47,258 nucleotides of DNA from Chlamydiota bacterium (GTDB taxonomy: Bacteria; Auribacterota; Tritonobacteria; UBA1439). A program made the translations under genes and the position numbers. The notes beneath the pieces are model-generated. The model had not been told where the DNA came from, made no database searches, and saw nothing but the letters and a program-made list of their open reading frames with translations. This document shows positions 1 through 8,567 of this stretch, piece by piece. Location of the stretch: positions 1 to 47,258 of the forward strand of contig JBAXOY010000006.1 in the NCBI GenBank assembly GCA_037133055.1, given 5' to 3'. The stretch's first letter is position 1. Every line of letters begins with the position of its first letter.

Positions 1-102
1 TGCTCGAAAACTGCCTCCTGCCGCCCCACACTACTTCAAAGAGCTAAACTATTACGTCTCAAGTCCCATCCCAGTTAATAGTTAAGGTCTGACCCCAAGA
101 GG

Positions 103-1416
103 TTAGGCGCGGATCGAGATCTCGGCCGGGGTCACGCGGGAGACCACGCCGGTGATGCTCGCGTGAAGGGGGGCGCCCAGTGCCCCCTCGGGAACGTCCG
201 CGATCATCTCCCCGACCTTCACCCGGTCCCCCTCTCTGACCAGCGGCGCGCACGGAACCCCCACGTGCTGCTTCAGGGGCAGGGTCACCGCGCCCACCTC
301 GAGCGGCTCGTCCGCGAGCGGCGCATCGGCGCCGTACTCCTCGATCTCGAAACGAGAGACGAGGCTCGGGACCGGCGGGCGGCGATAGTCCCTTTCGGGG
401 TGCGCGGCTACCTGCGTCCTCTTGTGGATCGGCTTCGCCCCGGATTTCTTCAAATCCGCGGCGAGCGCCCGGATAATCCGCTCGGGCGAGAGCATCGTCG
501 GGCAGGAATACATGCCGCAGAGGCCGCACTGGCAGCAGAGATACGACTGCGCGATGACGCGCGGGTCGATCTCTCCGGGCTCCTGGTAGGCGACGGCGCC
601 CATGATGGCGTGCGGTTCGAGCGTGTGCCCGAGCAGGAACCGCGGGCAGAGATCGGTGCAGAACCGGCACCCCTCGCACGCGGAGCGGGCGATCTTCACG
701 TCATGCTCGATGGGTTTCCTCTTGTACCGGATGAGCTTGTGGCCCTCGGGGAGCACGATGAGGCTCGTGGTGGTCTTCAGCACCACGCCCTTCGACTCGG
801 CGCCCATCATCGGCCCGCCATCGATGACCGCGCGGGACGCGGCCGTGGCCCCGCCCGCCGCAGCGATCGCGTCCTCGACGGAGGTCCCCACGGGGACGCT
901 CAGGGTCTTCGGCTCCCGCACCGCCCCCGTGACGGTGAGCCACCGGTGCGTGACCGGGCGCCCGTCGCGCGCGCGGCGAATATTGATGAGCGTCCCGACG
1001 TTCTGCACCACGACGCCGATGTCGAGCGGGATGCCGCCCTCGGGAACGATCCTCCCCGTGACGTCGCAGACGAGCGCCTGCTCATCGCCCGCCGGGTAGT
1101 AGTTCTCGAGGAGGTGTATGGCGATATCGCCCCGCGCCCCGCAGCCCTCGAGCGCGGTCACGGCCCCGTGGTACTTCCCCTTGAGCGCGATGATCCCCTT
1201 CTTCGCGCCGGTCGCCTCCATGACCAGCTTCATCCCCTCGACGAGCTCGCACGCGTAGCGGGTCATGAGCTGCTGGTCGACACGGATGAGCGGTTCGCAC
1301 TCCGAGCCGTTCGCGATGACGCAGTCCGCGCGGGCGCTCATCTTCTTCCACGCGGGGAATCCGGCGCCGCCGGCCCCGACGACCCCCGCCTGCCTGACCT
1401 GTTCGACGATGCCCAT
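103..1416 (-). CDS. pduS: PduS/RnfC-like microcompartment-associated Fe-S flavoprotein (Complex1_51K/SLBB/4Fe-4S)
   Basis: Start reassigned to MGIVEQVRQAGVVGAGGAGFP (ATG 1416); NGSECEP motif, GGPMMG, CxxCxxCxxxCP (CEGCRFCTDLCP) and CCQCGLCGMYSCP clusters; C-terminal LPLKQHVG...HASITG RnfC_N-like domain; next to a BMC-T gene. Confidence 0.88.
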   Translation of the reverse strand: MGIVEQVRQAGVVGAGGAGFPAWKKMSARADCVIANGSECEPLIRVDQQLMTRYACELVEGMKLVMEATGAKKGIIALKGKYHGAVTALEGCGARGDIAIHLLENYYPAGDEQALVCDVTGRIVPEGGIPLDIGVVVQNVGTLINIRRARDGRPVTHRWLTVTGAVREPKTLSVPVGTSVEDAIAAAGGATAASRAVIDGGPMMGAESKGVVLKTTTSLIVLPEGHKLIRYKRKPIEHDVKIARSACEGCRFCTDLCPRFLLGHTLEPHAIMGAVAYQEPGEIDPRVIAQSYLCCQCGLCGMYSCPTMLSPERIIRALAADLKKSGAKPIHKRTQVAAHPERDYRRPPVPSLVSRFEIEEYGADAPLADEPLEVGAVTLPLKQHVGVPCAPLVREGDRVKVGEMIADVPEGALGAPLHASITGVVSRVTPAEISIRA

Positions 1417-1431
1417 GTCTTCTTTCTCTGT

Positions 1432-1463
1432 CCTATAGGTCCTATAAGCCCTATAGGACCTAT
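1432..1463. repeat. 9-bp-period tandem repeat (CCTATAGGT/CCTATAAGC/CCTATAGGA/CCTAT)
   Basis: Directly visible between the duplicated shell-gene tail and the pduS start. Confidence 0.7.
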
Positions 1464-1526
1464 GACTCCAGGAACCTCGCCAGGCACTCGTGCGAGCGCT
1501 CGACGATGACGCTGTTGATGAGCCCC
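1460..1526 (-). repeat. Duplicated 3' end of the BMC-T gene (direct repeat of 2310-2376)
   Basis: 1464-1526 matches 2314-2376 with 2 mismatches in 63 bp; encodes GLINSVIVERSHECLARFLES* versus GLVNSVIVERPHECLARFLES*. Confidence 0.92.
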
Positions 1527-1607
1527 GGATCTTCCCCCCGGGGCCGGCGGTCACGGTCTATTCGCAGGGATACGGCTCATCCCTTTTTAATCGCGGGAAC
1601 GCACCGG

Positions 1608-2270
1608 TCATGATGCCCCCTTCCCGGAGGGGGGAACCTGCGATTCCAGGCCTGCCAAGTATTCCCGGTAGTATGACGCGTTGTACCCCTGGACCCACCA
1701 CCCCTCGCTGAACGGCCCAACCCCGCGCACCGGGGTTCGGCGCAAGAAAGCCATCCCCTCCACCACTTCGAGCAGCTCCCACATGGCGTCGGCTTTCAGG
1801 ATTTCGTACATCCTCGCAATGGTGGGAATCTGAATGTCATCTATGAGGAGGAGTCCCCCGGTGGAGATGTGGGGGTAGAAGCAGTAGTACTCCAGGTCGG
1901 GGAACGGATACGCGTGGGGGCCATCAATAAGCACGATTTGCAACTCGTGTGAAAAATGGTACCTCGGCAGGGTCAACTGGGAGGGCCCCTCAATGTAGGT
2001 GACGCTTCGCGAATCGAATAGCGGCGAACTTTGAACTTGGCTGATGCTCCCTCCCCCCTCCATCGCGAACACGAGATGGTGCGGCGACAGGTGGGAAAAG
2101 AGTACCGTCGTCTTGCCGGAACCGGTCTCCGCGGAATGGCGGAGATCGACGATCTTCTGGGCATGCGCTGCGATAGCCTGCAGATGCCGACCGGTCGCGG
2201 CGCCCGCCGTATGCCAATCGCGCGGGAGTGTATCTATCTCGTCGATAAGGCGTGAAATGTCGGCTGTCAT
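1608..2270 (-). CDS. Class I SAM-dependent methyltransferase (Methyltransf_24-like)
   Basis: AETGSGKTT SAM-binding motif I, IVLIDGPHAY, GGLLLIDD; RBS GAGGT before ATG 2270; visibly lower GC than neighbours. Confidence 0.8.
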   Translation of the reverse strand: MTADISRLIDEIDTLPRDWHTAGAATGRHLQAIAAHAQKIVDLRHSAETGSGKTTVLFSHLSPHHLVFAMEGGGSISQVQSSPLFDSRSVTYIEGPSQLTLPRYHFSHELQIVLIDGPHAYPFPDLEYYCFYPHISTGGLLLIDDIQIPTIARMYEILKADAMWELLEVVEGMAFLRRTPVRGVGPFSEGWWVQGYNASYYREYLAGLESQVPPSGKGAS

Positions 2271-2309
2271 GACCTCTTTTTCGCCCATCCGCAGCGCGGA
2301 TGTGCATCC

Positions 2310-2864
2310 TCACGACTCCAGGAACCTCGCCAGGCACTCGTGCGGGCGCTCGACGATGACGCTGTTGACGAGCCCCCCCATCTCCTCCGCGGCCGCCCTT
2401 CCCGCGGCAAGCGCCTCCTCGATCTCGCGCTGCGCCCCGGAGAATACCACAATGCACTTCCCCCCCTGGGCGTTCGCGAGGCGAATGTCCGCGATCTCCA
2501 CGCCCGCGGCCTTGACGCCCGCGTCCGCGGCGCGCACGCACGCGGGGACGCCGTAGGTCTCGATGACCCCCGCCGCCCCGTCCCCCACGCTCCCCGGCTC
2601 GCCGCCGACCGCCGCGACCACGCGGGGGTGGACGCGGGGCAGGAGGTGATGCTCGGTGATGGTCTCGCCGAGTTCGGACTCCCGCGCGGCGGCGAGCGAG
2701 GCCCCGAGCGCGTCCACGTCCCCCGTGACCGTGACGATGTATTTGCCCGGGCAGACGGTCCGGGAGTCGAGGATGGTCACGGGGGCCTCCTTCACCAGCA
2801 GGTCCGTGATAAAGATCCCCCCCGCGACGCTGTTGAATTCGAGGACGAGAACAGCAGGTTCCAC
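2310..2864 (-). CDS. pduT: Tandem-domain bacterial microcompartment shell protein (BMC-T, PduT-like)
   Basis: LEFNSVAGG...DLLVK...TVCPGKY (conserved Fe-S Cys), second domain GVIET...AADAGVKAA...IRLA..GGK; 184 aa. Confidence 0.88.
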   Translation of the reverse strand: MEPAVLVLEFNSVAGGIFITDLLVKEAPVTILDSRTVCPGKYIVTVTGDVDALGASLAAARESELGETITEHHLLPRVHPRVVAAVGGEPGSVGDGAAGVIETYGVPACVRAADAGVKAAGVEIADIRLANAQGGKCIVVFSGAQREIEEALAAGRAAAEEMGGLVNSVIVERPHECLARFLES

Positions 2865-2889
2865 GGGCGCTCCAGTCCGCCGCCGGCGT

Positions 2890-4257
2890 TCAGATCCCGA
2901 CCGGCAGGTACTCCCTCAGTTTCCCCGCCACCAGCCCCTTGATCTCCTCGAGGCGCGCGGGCGTCTCCGCCTCGAAACGCATGACGATGACCGGCTGCGT
3001 GTTCGAGGGCCTGATCAGCCCCCACCCGTCCCCGAAGATGACCCGGACGCCGTCGATATCGAGGGTATCGTAGCGGGCGGAAAAATAGCGCTTCAGCCCC
3101 TCCACGATCTCGAACTTCTTCTCGTCGGGGCAGTCGATCCGTATCTCGGGCGTGGCGCAGGTCTTGGGGATGTCGGCGAGAAGTTCGGAGAGCGGCCGGT
3201 CGGCGCGCGAGAGTATCTGAACCAGGCGGCAGGCGGCGAATGTCGCGTCGTCGTACCCGAAATAGCCGTCGGCGAAGCAGACATGGCCGCTCATCTCTCC
3301 CGCGAGGGGGGCGTTCTCCTCGCGCATCTTCTGCTTGATGAGCGAGTGCCCCGTCTTCCACATGATGGGGACTCCCCCCGCCTTTTCGATCTCGGCCGCG
3401 CAGAGGTGCGAGCACTTGACGTCAAAGATCACCCGGGAGCCCGGCCGGCGCTTCAGCAGGTCGCGGGCGTAGAGGATGAGCAGCATGTCCGTCCAGATGA
3501 TGTCCCCCTTCTCGTCGATCACGCCGATCCGGTCCCCGTCGCCGTCGAACCCGATCCCCGCGTCCGCCTTCATCTCCAGCGTCTTCGCCCGAAGGTCCCG
3601 CACGGCATCGGGGAGTGTCGGGTCGGGATGGTGGTTCGGGAACCGGCCGTCCGGCTCGCAGTAGAGGCAGGTCACCTCGACGCCGAGGTCGCGCAGGATG
3701 CGCGAGCTCGTGGGACCGGTCGTGCCGTTCCCCGCGTCCACGACGACCCTGACCTTCCGCGGCCCCATCGAGGTCCTCTCGACGAGCGCGCGGCAGTACT
3801 CCTCGGCCACCGACGCCTCCTCCACGAAGCCGTCGCCGCGCGCGAAGTCGCCGGACTCGATGATCGCCCGCACCTCCCGGATCTTCTCCCCGTAGATGGT
3901 GGATTTCCCCTCGGCGATCTTGAAGCCGTTGTAGTCGGGCGGGTTGTGGCTCCCGGTGATCATCACCCCGCCGCCGACGTCAAGGGCGAACAGGGAGAAG
4001 TAGAGCATCGGCGTCGTCACCACCCCGAGATCGGTCACGCGCATCCCCGTGCGGACAAGCCCTTTTAGGATCGCGTCCCGGTACCCGGTCGAGCTCAGGC
4101 GCACGTCCCGCCCGAGCGAGATCCCGGCGATCCCCCTGCGGGAAAGGAAGGTCCCCACCCCTTTCCCGATGAGCTCCACGGTGCGCTCGTTGAGGTCTTT
4201 CCCCACGAGCCCCCGTATGTCGTACTCCCTGAAGATGTTCGCCGGTATATTCGCCAT
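2890..4257 (-). CDS. Phosphomannomutase/phosphoglucomutase (AlgC-like)
   Basis: FREYDIRG start, TGSHNP active site, FDGDGDR metal loop, GEMSGH, RPSNT. Confidence 0.95.
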   Translation of the reverse strand: MANIPANIFREYDIRGLVGKDLNERTVELIGKGVGTFLSRRGIAGISLGRDVRLSSTGYRDAILKGLVRTGMRVTDLGVVTTPMLYFSLFALDVGGGVMITGSHNPPDYNGFKIAEGKSTIYGEKIREVRAIIESGDFARGDGFVEEASVAEEYCRALVERTSMGPRKVRVVVDAGNGTTGPTSSRILRDLGVEVTCLYCEPDGRFPNHHPDPTLPDAVRDLRAKTLEMKADAGIGFDGDGDRIGVIDEKGDIIWTDMLLILYARDLLKRRPGSRVIFDVKCSHLCAAEIEKAGGVPIMWKTGHSLIKQKMREENAPLAGEMSGHVCFADGYFGYDDATFAACRLVQILSRADRPLSELLADIPKTCATPEIRIDCPDEKKFEIVEGLKRYFSARYDTLDIDGVRVIFGDGWGLIRPSNTQPVIVMRFEAETPARLEEIKGLVAGKLREYLPVGI

Positions 4258-4303
4258 GGAAATCCTTCCGGGACCGCACTGCATCAGGAGGGAACGGTCC
4301 GCC

Positions 4304-4340
4304 CCCCCTCCCTGTCCCTCCCCCTCCGGGGGGAGGGGAA
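4304..4340. repeat. REP-like GC palindrome CCCTCCCCCTC-NN-GGGGGGAGGGGAA
   Basis: Related copies at 20529-20560 and 39313-39351. Confidence 0.7.
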
Positions 4341-4374
4341 TCAGGGCTGTCCGCCCGCGCACACGCAGCGCCCG

Positions 4375-4403
4375 AGGATAGCCCATCCGCGGGGCGAAGT
4401 CAA
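4375..4403 (-). promoter_or_regulatory. Putative sigma70 promoter for the pgm-pduT-pduS unit
   Basis: TTGACT-17bp-TATCCT on the minus strand. Confidence 0.5.
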
Positions 4404-4936
4404 TCCCGCGCTGCTGCCTCCCGCGCCGCGGCGCGAGCCGCGATGCCGCACAGCGCACCCACCGCAAGGCCGGCAAGGCAGTCGGACGGGTAGTGCATCC
4501 CGAGGTACACGCGGGAATAGGACACAAGCCCCACGAGCAGGGCCAGCGGGACCATGAGCTTGCTGAAGCGCGCCCCGAGCACCCACGCCGCCGCCATCGA
4601 CGAGGCACAGTGACCCGAGGGGAACGACCAGGTGGACCGGAACACCTTCAGAGACGGAGTGTTATGAATCAGCCGCACCCCGTCGAGGGTGAGAAACGGC
4701 CTCGCCCGCGCGACGAGCGGTTTGAAGAGCAGATCCACGGACAGGCAGGCACATGCGAGCGCGATGAGAAGGCCGAAGAGCGTCTCCTTCCCCTTATCCC
4801 GGTCGAGCGCCCATGCCGCGAGGCCGATGAGCAGCCAGATGAGATTGAAGTCCGCCGACGAGCTCGCCCCCCACATGAGATAGTCGAGGGCACGGCAGTG
4901 GTGCGAATTGATCCAGCGGAAGATGGCGATGTCCAT
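4400..4936 (-). CDS. PAP2-family phosphatase (undecaprenyl-pyrophosphate phosphatase-like)
   Basis: KxxxxRxRP, SFPSGH and SRVYLGMHYPSD motifs. Confidence 0.92.
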   Translation of the reverse strand: MDIAIFRWINSHHCRALDYLMWGASSSADFNLIWLLIGLAAWALDRDKGKETLFGLLIALACACLSVDLLFKPLVARARPFLTLDGVRLIHNTPSLKVFRSTWSFPSGHCASSMAAAWVLGARFSKLMVPLALLVGLVSYSRVYLGMHYPSDCLAGLAVGALCGIAARAAAREAAARD

Positions 4937-4957
4937 GCGGGGCCCTCTCTGCCCACC

Positions 4958-5203
4958 CTAACGCTTTCGGCGCCACCAGGACACGATACGGTCACGGGCG
5001 CCCTTGATCTTTTTCAAGTCCCATCCGAGCATGGCGGCCCCCGCGATGATCAGCAGCGTGCCGGGGATGACGGGCAGAAAAAGGCCCGCCACCCCGATGA
5101 CCAGCAGGGTGTACCCGCCCGCGATCCTCGCCACGTGCCGTACCCGGCCCATCGTCTCCCCCGCGCCGATGCGCGCCTCGATACGCCGCAGAAGGCCGCT
5201 CAC
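4958..5203 (-). CDS. Small membrane protein (PGPGW/DUF454-like)
   Basis: GYTLLVIGVAGLFLPVIPGTLLIIAG hydrophobic hairpin; start uncertain. Confidence 0.6.
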   Translation of the reverse strand: MSGLLRRIEARIGAGETMGRVRHVARIAGGYTLLVIGVAGLFLPVIPGTLLIIAGAAMLGWDLKKIKGARDRIVSWWRRKR

Positions 5204-5311
5204 AGGAGGCTCCCCCCCTTGCCGCCTGCCGAAGCCCCGGCGCACGCAGGGGCGGGGGGGGGGGAAATACCCACCGCACGTGAGGCCTTGCGACGCGCCC
5301 CCGGAATGGGA

Positions 5312-5340
5312 TTGTCCGGGGCGCCGACACGGTATATACT
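5312..5340 (+). promoter_or_regulatory. Putative sigma70 promoter of the glycan operon
   Basis: TTGTCC-17bp-TATACT. Confidence 0.45.
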
Positions 5341-5376
5341 ACATCGAAATCACCACGGCGGAAAGGGCTTGTGGGC

Positions 5377-6363
5377 ATGGCCCAGAAGATTCTGGTCACG
5401 GGGGGCACGGGCTTCACCGGGGGACACCTCTGCCTGAAGCTGGCGGGGCTCGGGCATCGCGTGCGCGCCATCGCCCGGGCGCCGGATAAAGCCGCGGCGC
5501 TCGCGAAGGCGGGCGTGGAAGTCGTCCGCGGAGACCTGAAGGATCGCGAGTCGCTCGTCAGGGCCGCCGGGGGCTGTGAGGTCGTGTACCATATCGCCGC
5601 CCTCTACCGGCAGGAGGGGGTCCCGGAGGGCGAGTTCAGGGAGGTCAACGCCCTGGGCACGCAGCGCATGCTCGAGGCGGCCCTGGAGTCCGGCGCGCGG
5701 CGCTTCGTCCACTGCAGCACCGTGGGCGTGCACGGCCACGTGCGCGAGGTTCCCTCGAACGAGGATTCACCCTACCATCCCGGCGACATCTACCAGGAAA
5801 CGAAACTTGAGGGTGAAAAGCTCGCGCGCGAATTCTTCCGCTCCCGCGGGCTCCCGGGCGTCGTCTTCCGCCCGGCGGGCATCTACGGCCCCGGGGACAT
5901 GCGGTTCCTCAAGCTTTTCCGCACCATCAATTCGGGGCGCTTCCGGATGATCGGGAGCGGGAACGTCTTCTACCATCTGACCTACATCGACGATTTGACG
6001 GACGGGATCATCCTCTGCGGCACGAAACCCGGGGCGCCCGGCAACGTGTACATCCTCGGGGGGGAGCGCTACGTGACGCTCCGGGAGCTCGCGGACACGA
6101 TCGCGGATGTCCTGGGGGTCGGGATCTCGCGCCTTCGCATCCCGTTCGCCCCCGTGTACGCCGCGGCGTTCCTCTGCGAGAAACTGTTCAAGCCGCTCGG
6201 GCTCGAGCCGCCGATCTTCAGGCGCCGCGTCGACTTCTTCCGCAAGGACCGCGCCTTCGACATCTCGAAGGCGAAGCGCGAGCTCGGCTACGCGCCGCGC
6301 GTGGACCTGCGGGAGGGATTGAAGCGCACCGCCGAATGGTACCGGGGACAGGGCCTGCTGTAG
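5377..6363 (+). CDS. NAD-dependent epimerase/dehydratase (extended SDR)
   Basis: VTGGTGFTG Rossmann fold, HCST, YQETK (YxxxK), IYGPGD. Confidence 0.92.
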   Translation: MAQKILVTGGTGFTGGHLCLKLAGLGHRVRAIARAPDKAAALAKAGVEVVRGDLKDRESLVRAAGGCEVVYHIAALYRQEGVPEGEFREVNALGTQRMLEAALESGARRFVHCSTVGVHGHVREVPSNEDSPYHPGDIYQETKLEGEKLAREFFRSRGLPGVVFRPAGIYGPGDMRFLKLFRTINSGRFRMIGSGNVFYHLTYIDDLTDGIILCGTKPGAPGNVYILGGERYVTLRELADTIADVLGVGISRLRIPFAPVYAAAFLCEKLFKPLGLEPPIFRRRVDFFRKDRAFDISKAKRELGYAPRVDLREGLKRTAEWYRGQGLL

Positions 6364-6372
6364 GGAATACCC

Positions 6373-7551
6373 ATGAAAAAGATATGCGTCCTGGGCAACT
6401 TCTCCGGCCGCAACGCCGGCGACGCCGCGATACTGGGCGGCCTCCTCGAGGACGTCTCCTCGCGCTACCCGGACACCCTCTTCACCGTCCCGACCATCAG
6501 CACCGGCTTTGTCAGGCGGGCCTTCTCCCGCTACCGGGTGAAACCCGTGTCGCTCATGCCGTGGAACCTGAGCCTGAAGATCCTCGGGCTCCCGGTCTTC
6601 ACCTCGACGCTCGGCGCCGACCTGATCCTCGTCACCGACGCGATCCTCTTCGAGCGCCGGCTCTACGACCCGACGCACAACTACCTGTCCACCCTCGCCT
6701 TCGTCCTCCCGTTCGCGCGGCGCCGCGGCGTTCCCCTCGTGCTCTACAACATGAGCCTGGGGCCCGTGAAAACGCCGCGGGGCGAGTGGCTCCTTACGCG
6801 CGTGCTGCGCAGCGCCGACCTCGTCATCACCCGCGACGCCGACTCCCACGACCTCGCGCGGCGCCTCGGCCCGTTCGACGAGAAGCTCCGCCTCGGCGCG
6901 GACTGCGCCTTGAACGTCGTCCCGTCCGGCGACGGGCGCCTCGGGGAGATCATGCGGCGCGAGGGGATCCTCTCCGGGCCGCGCCCGACCGTCGGCTTCA
7001 ACATCAACCGGTATATCGACGCCGACATCGTGCCCCCGGGGGGGAAGGGGATCGACCGCGGGCTGTTCCTCGGCGCGGTCAAGGCGGCCGTCGACCGGGC
7101 GGTGGACGAGTTCGGCGTGGACATCCTCCTGGTGGTCACCCAGCCGATGGACATGGAGATCACGGGGGAGCTCATGCGATCCCTCGCCCGGCCGGAGCGG
7201 GTGAGGATCATTTCCAACCGCGACTACTCGCACAACGACCTCGCGAAGGTGCTCTCGCGCCTCGAGATGCTGATCGCCCTCCGGACGCACACGCTCATCC
7301 TCGCCTCCGCCGGCGGCACCCCCGTCGGCTGCGTCGTGTCGTACCCGAAGAACCGCGGCTATATGCGCTCGATCGACATGGGCGACCAGCTCCTCGAGTT
7401 CGGCGACTTCTCCGCCGAGACCTACTGGGGGCTGGTCGAGCGGACCTGGCGGCGGCGCGCCGGGCTCAGGGAACGGCTGGCCCCCGCCATCGCGAGGGAG
7501 AAGGAGAAGGCGCGCCGCAGCGCCGAGCTCCTCGCGCCGTTTCTCGCATAA
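6373..7551 (+). CDS. Polysaccharide pyruvyl transferase family protein
   Basis: GNFSGRNAGDAAI N-terminal motif, SLGP, ITRD.DS, RTH. Confidence 0.85.
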   Translation: MKKICVLGNFSGRNAGDAAILGGLLEDVSSRYPDTLFTVPTISTGFVRRAFSRYRVKPVSLMPWNLSLKILGLPVFTSTLGADLILVTDAILFERRLYDPTHNYLSTLAFVLPFARRRGVPLVLYNMSLGPVKTPRGEWLLTRVLRSADLVITRDADSHDLARRLGPFDEKLRLGADCALNVVPSGDGRLGEIMRREGILSGPRPTVGFNINRYIDADIVPPGGKGIDRGLFLGAVKAAVDRAVDEFGVDILLVVTQPMDMEITGELMRSLARPERVRIISNRDYSHNDLAKVLSRLEMLIALRTHTLILASAGGTPVGCVVSYPKNRGYMRSIDMGDQLLEFGDFSAETYWGLVERTWRRRAGLRERLAPAIAREKEKARRSAELLAPFLA

Positions 7552-7583
7552 CCGCCGGCGCAAAACAGGGAAATCCGTACGCT

Positions 7584-8567
7584 ATGCCACCGACATTCCG
7601 CGGCGCCGGGAAAGGCGTCGCCCGGGCCGCCCTCGGCCTCGCCCTCATGGCCGCGGTGGTCTGGTGGGCGGGGCCCGCGCGCGTCCTCGAAGGCCTCGCC
7701 CGCATACGTCCGATCTGGATCGTCCCGATCCTCGCCGCCGCGTACCTCGGCATGGCGATCAGTTGCCTGCGCTGGCGGGTCCTGCTCGGGGCCCGCGGGA
7801 TCCGGGTCTCCGTCCACCTGCTCGTCTTCTACTACACGATCGGCTACTTCTTTTCGAGCTTCCTCCCCAGCATGTTCGGGGGCGACATCGCCCGAAGCTA
7901 CATCTTCGGGAAGAAGATCGAGAACCAGATCGAGTCGTTCGCCTCCGTCTTCATGGAGCGGCTCACCGGTCTCACGGGGCTCGTCCTCGTCGCCGGCGTC
8001 GCCACGCTGCTGAACTTACGCACGCTCCGCGGCGCGGGGCTCCTGCCGTGGATGGGCGCCATCATCGCGGGCTTCTGCGCCTTCCTGTTTCTGGTCTTCA
8101 ACCGCCCCCTCGTCGAGAGGGCGGGGGCCGTGATCCGATGGAGGAGGGTCGAGGCATGGAAGAGAAAGCTCCTTCTGTTCCACGACGCCGTCTATTCGTT
8201 CAGGGCCGAGAAGCGGGTCATCGCCATCGCGATCTTCTATTCCATCCTCTTCCAGATCCTCACGAGCGTGAACACCTGGATCGTCTGCCTCGCCCTCGGG
8301 CTCAAAATCGGGTTTCTCGACATCATGGTCGTCGTTCCGATCATCCTCCTCATCTGCGCCGTTCCCGTCACCCCGAACGCCGCGGGCATCTGGGAGGTCG
8401 CCTTCATGATCTTCTTCTCACGCCTCGGCTACGGCCCCGTCGCGGGGACGAATATCGCCCTGGTGCTCAGGGCGAAGAACATCGTCGTCGCCCTGGTCGG
8501 CGGCCTGTTCTATACCGTGTCGGGGAGCGTCCCGCGCCCGACGGAGGTCCGCCGTGAAACCCCGTGA
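7584..8567 (+). CDS. Flippase-like membrane protein (lysylphosphatidylglycerol synthase TM / UPF0104)
   Basis: LRW..LL, LPSMFGGD..R, ER..G, P.TP..AG.WE; the N-terminal extension in the ORF track is spurious. Confidence 0.85.
   Translation: MPPTFRGAGKGVARAALGLALMAAVVWWAGPARVLEGLARIRPIWIVPILAAAYLGMAISCLRWRVLLGARGIRVSVHLLVFYYTIGYFFSSFLPSMFGGDIARSYIFGKKIENQIESFASVFMERLTGLTGLVLVAGVATLLNLRTLRGAGLLPWMGAIIAGFCAFLFLVFNRPLVERAGAVIRWRRVEAWKRKLLLFHDAVYSFRAEKRVIAIAIFYSILFQILTSVNTWIVCLALGLKIGFLDIMVVVPIILLICAVPVTPNAAGIWEVAFMIFFSRLGYGPVAGTNIALVLRAKNIVVALVGGLFYTVSGSVPRPTEVRRETP

Noticed and set aside
5254..5264. G11 tract as a phase-variation switch
   Set aside because: It lies outside the predicted promoter spacer and likely coding sequence; G runs are common in this GC-rich DNA
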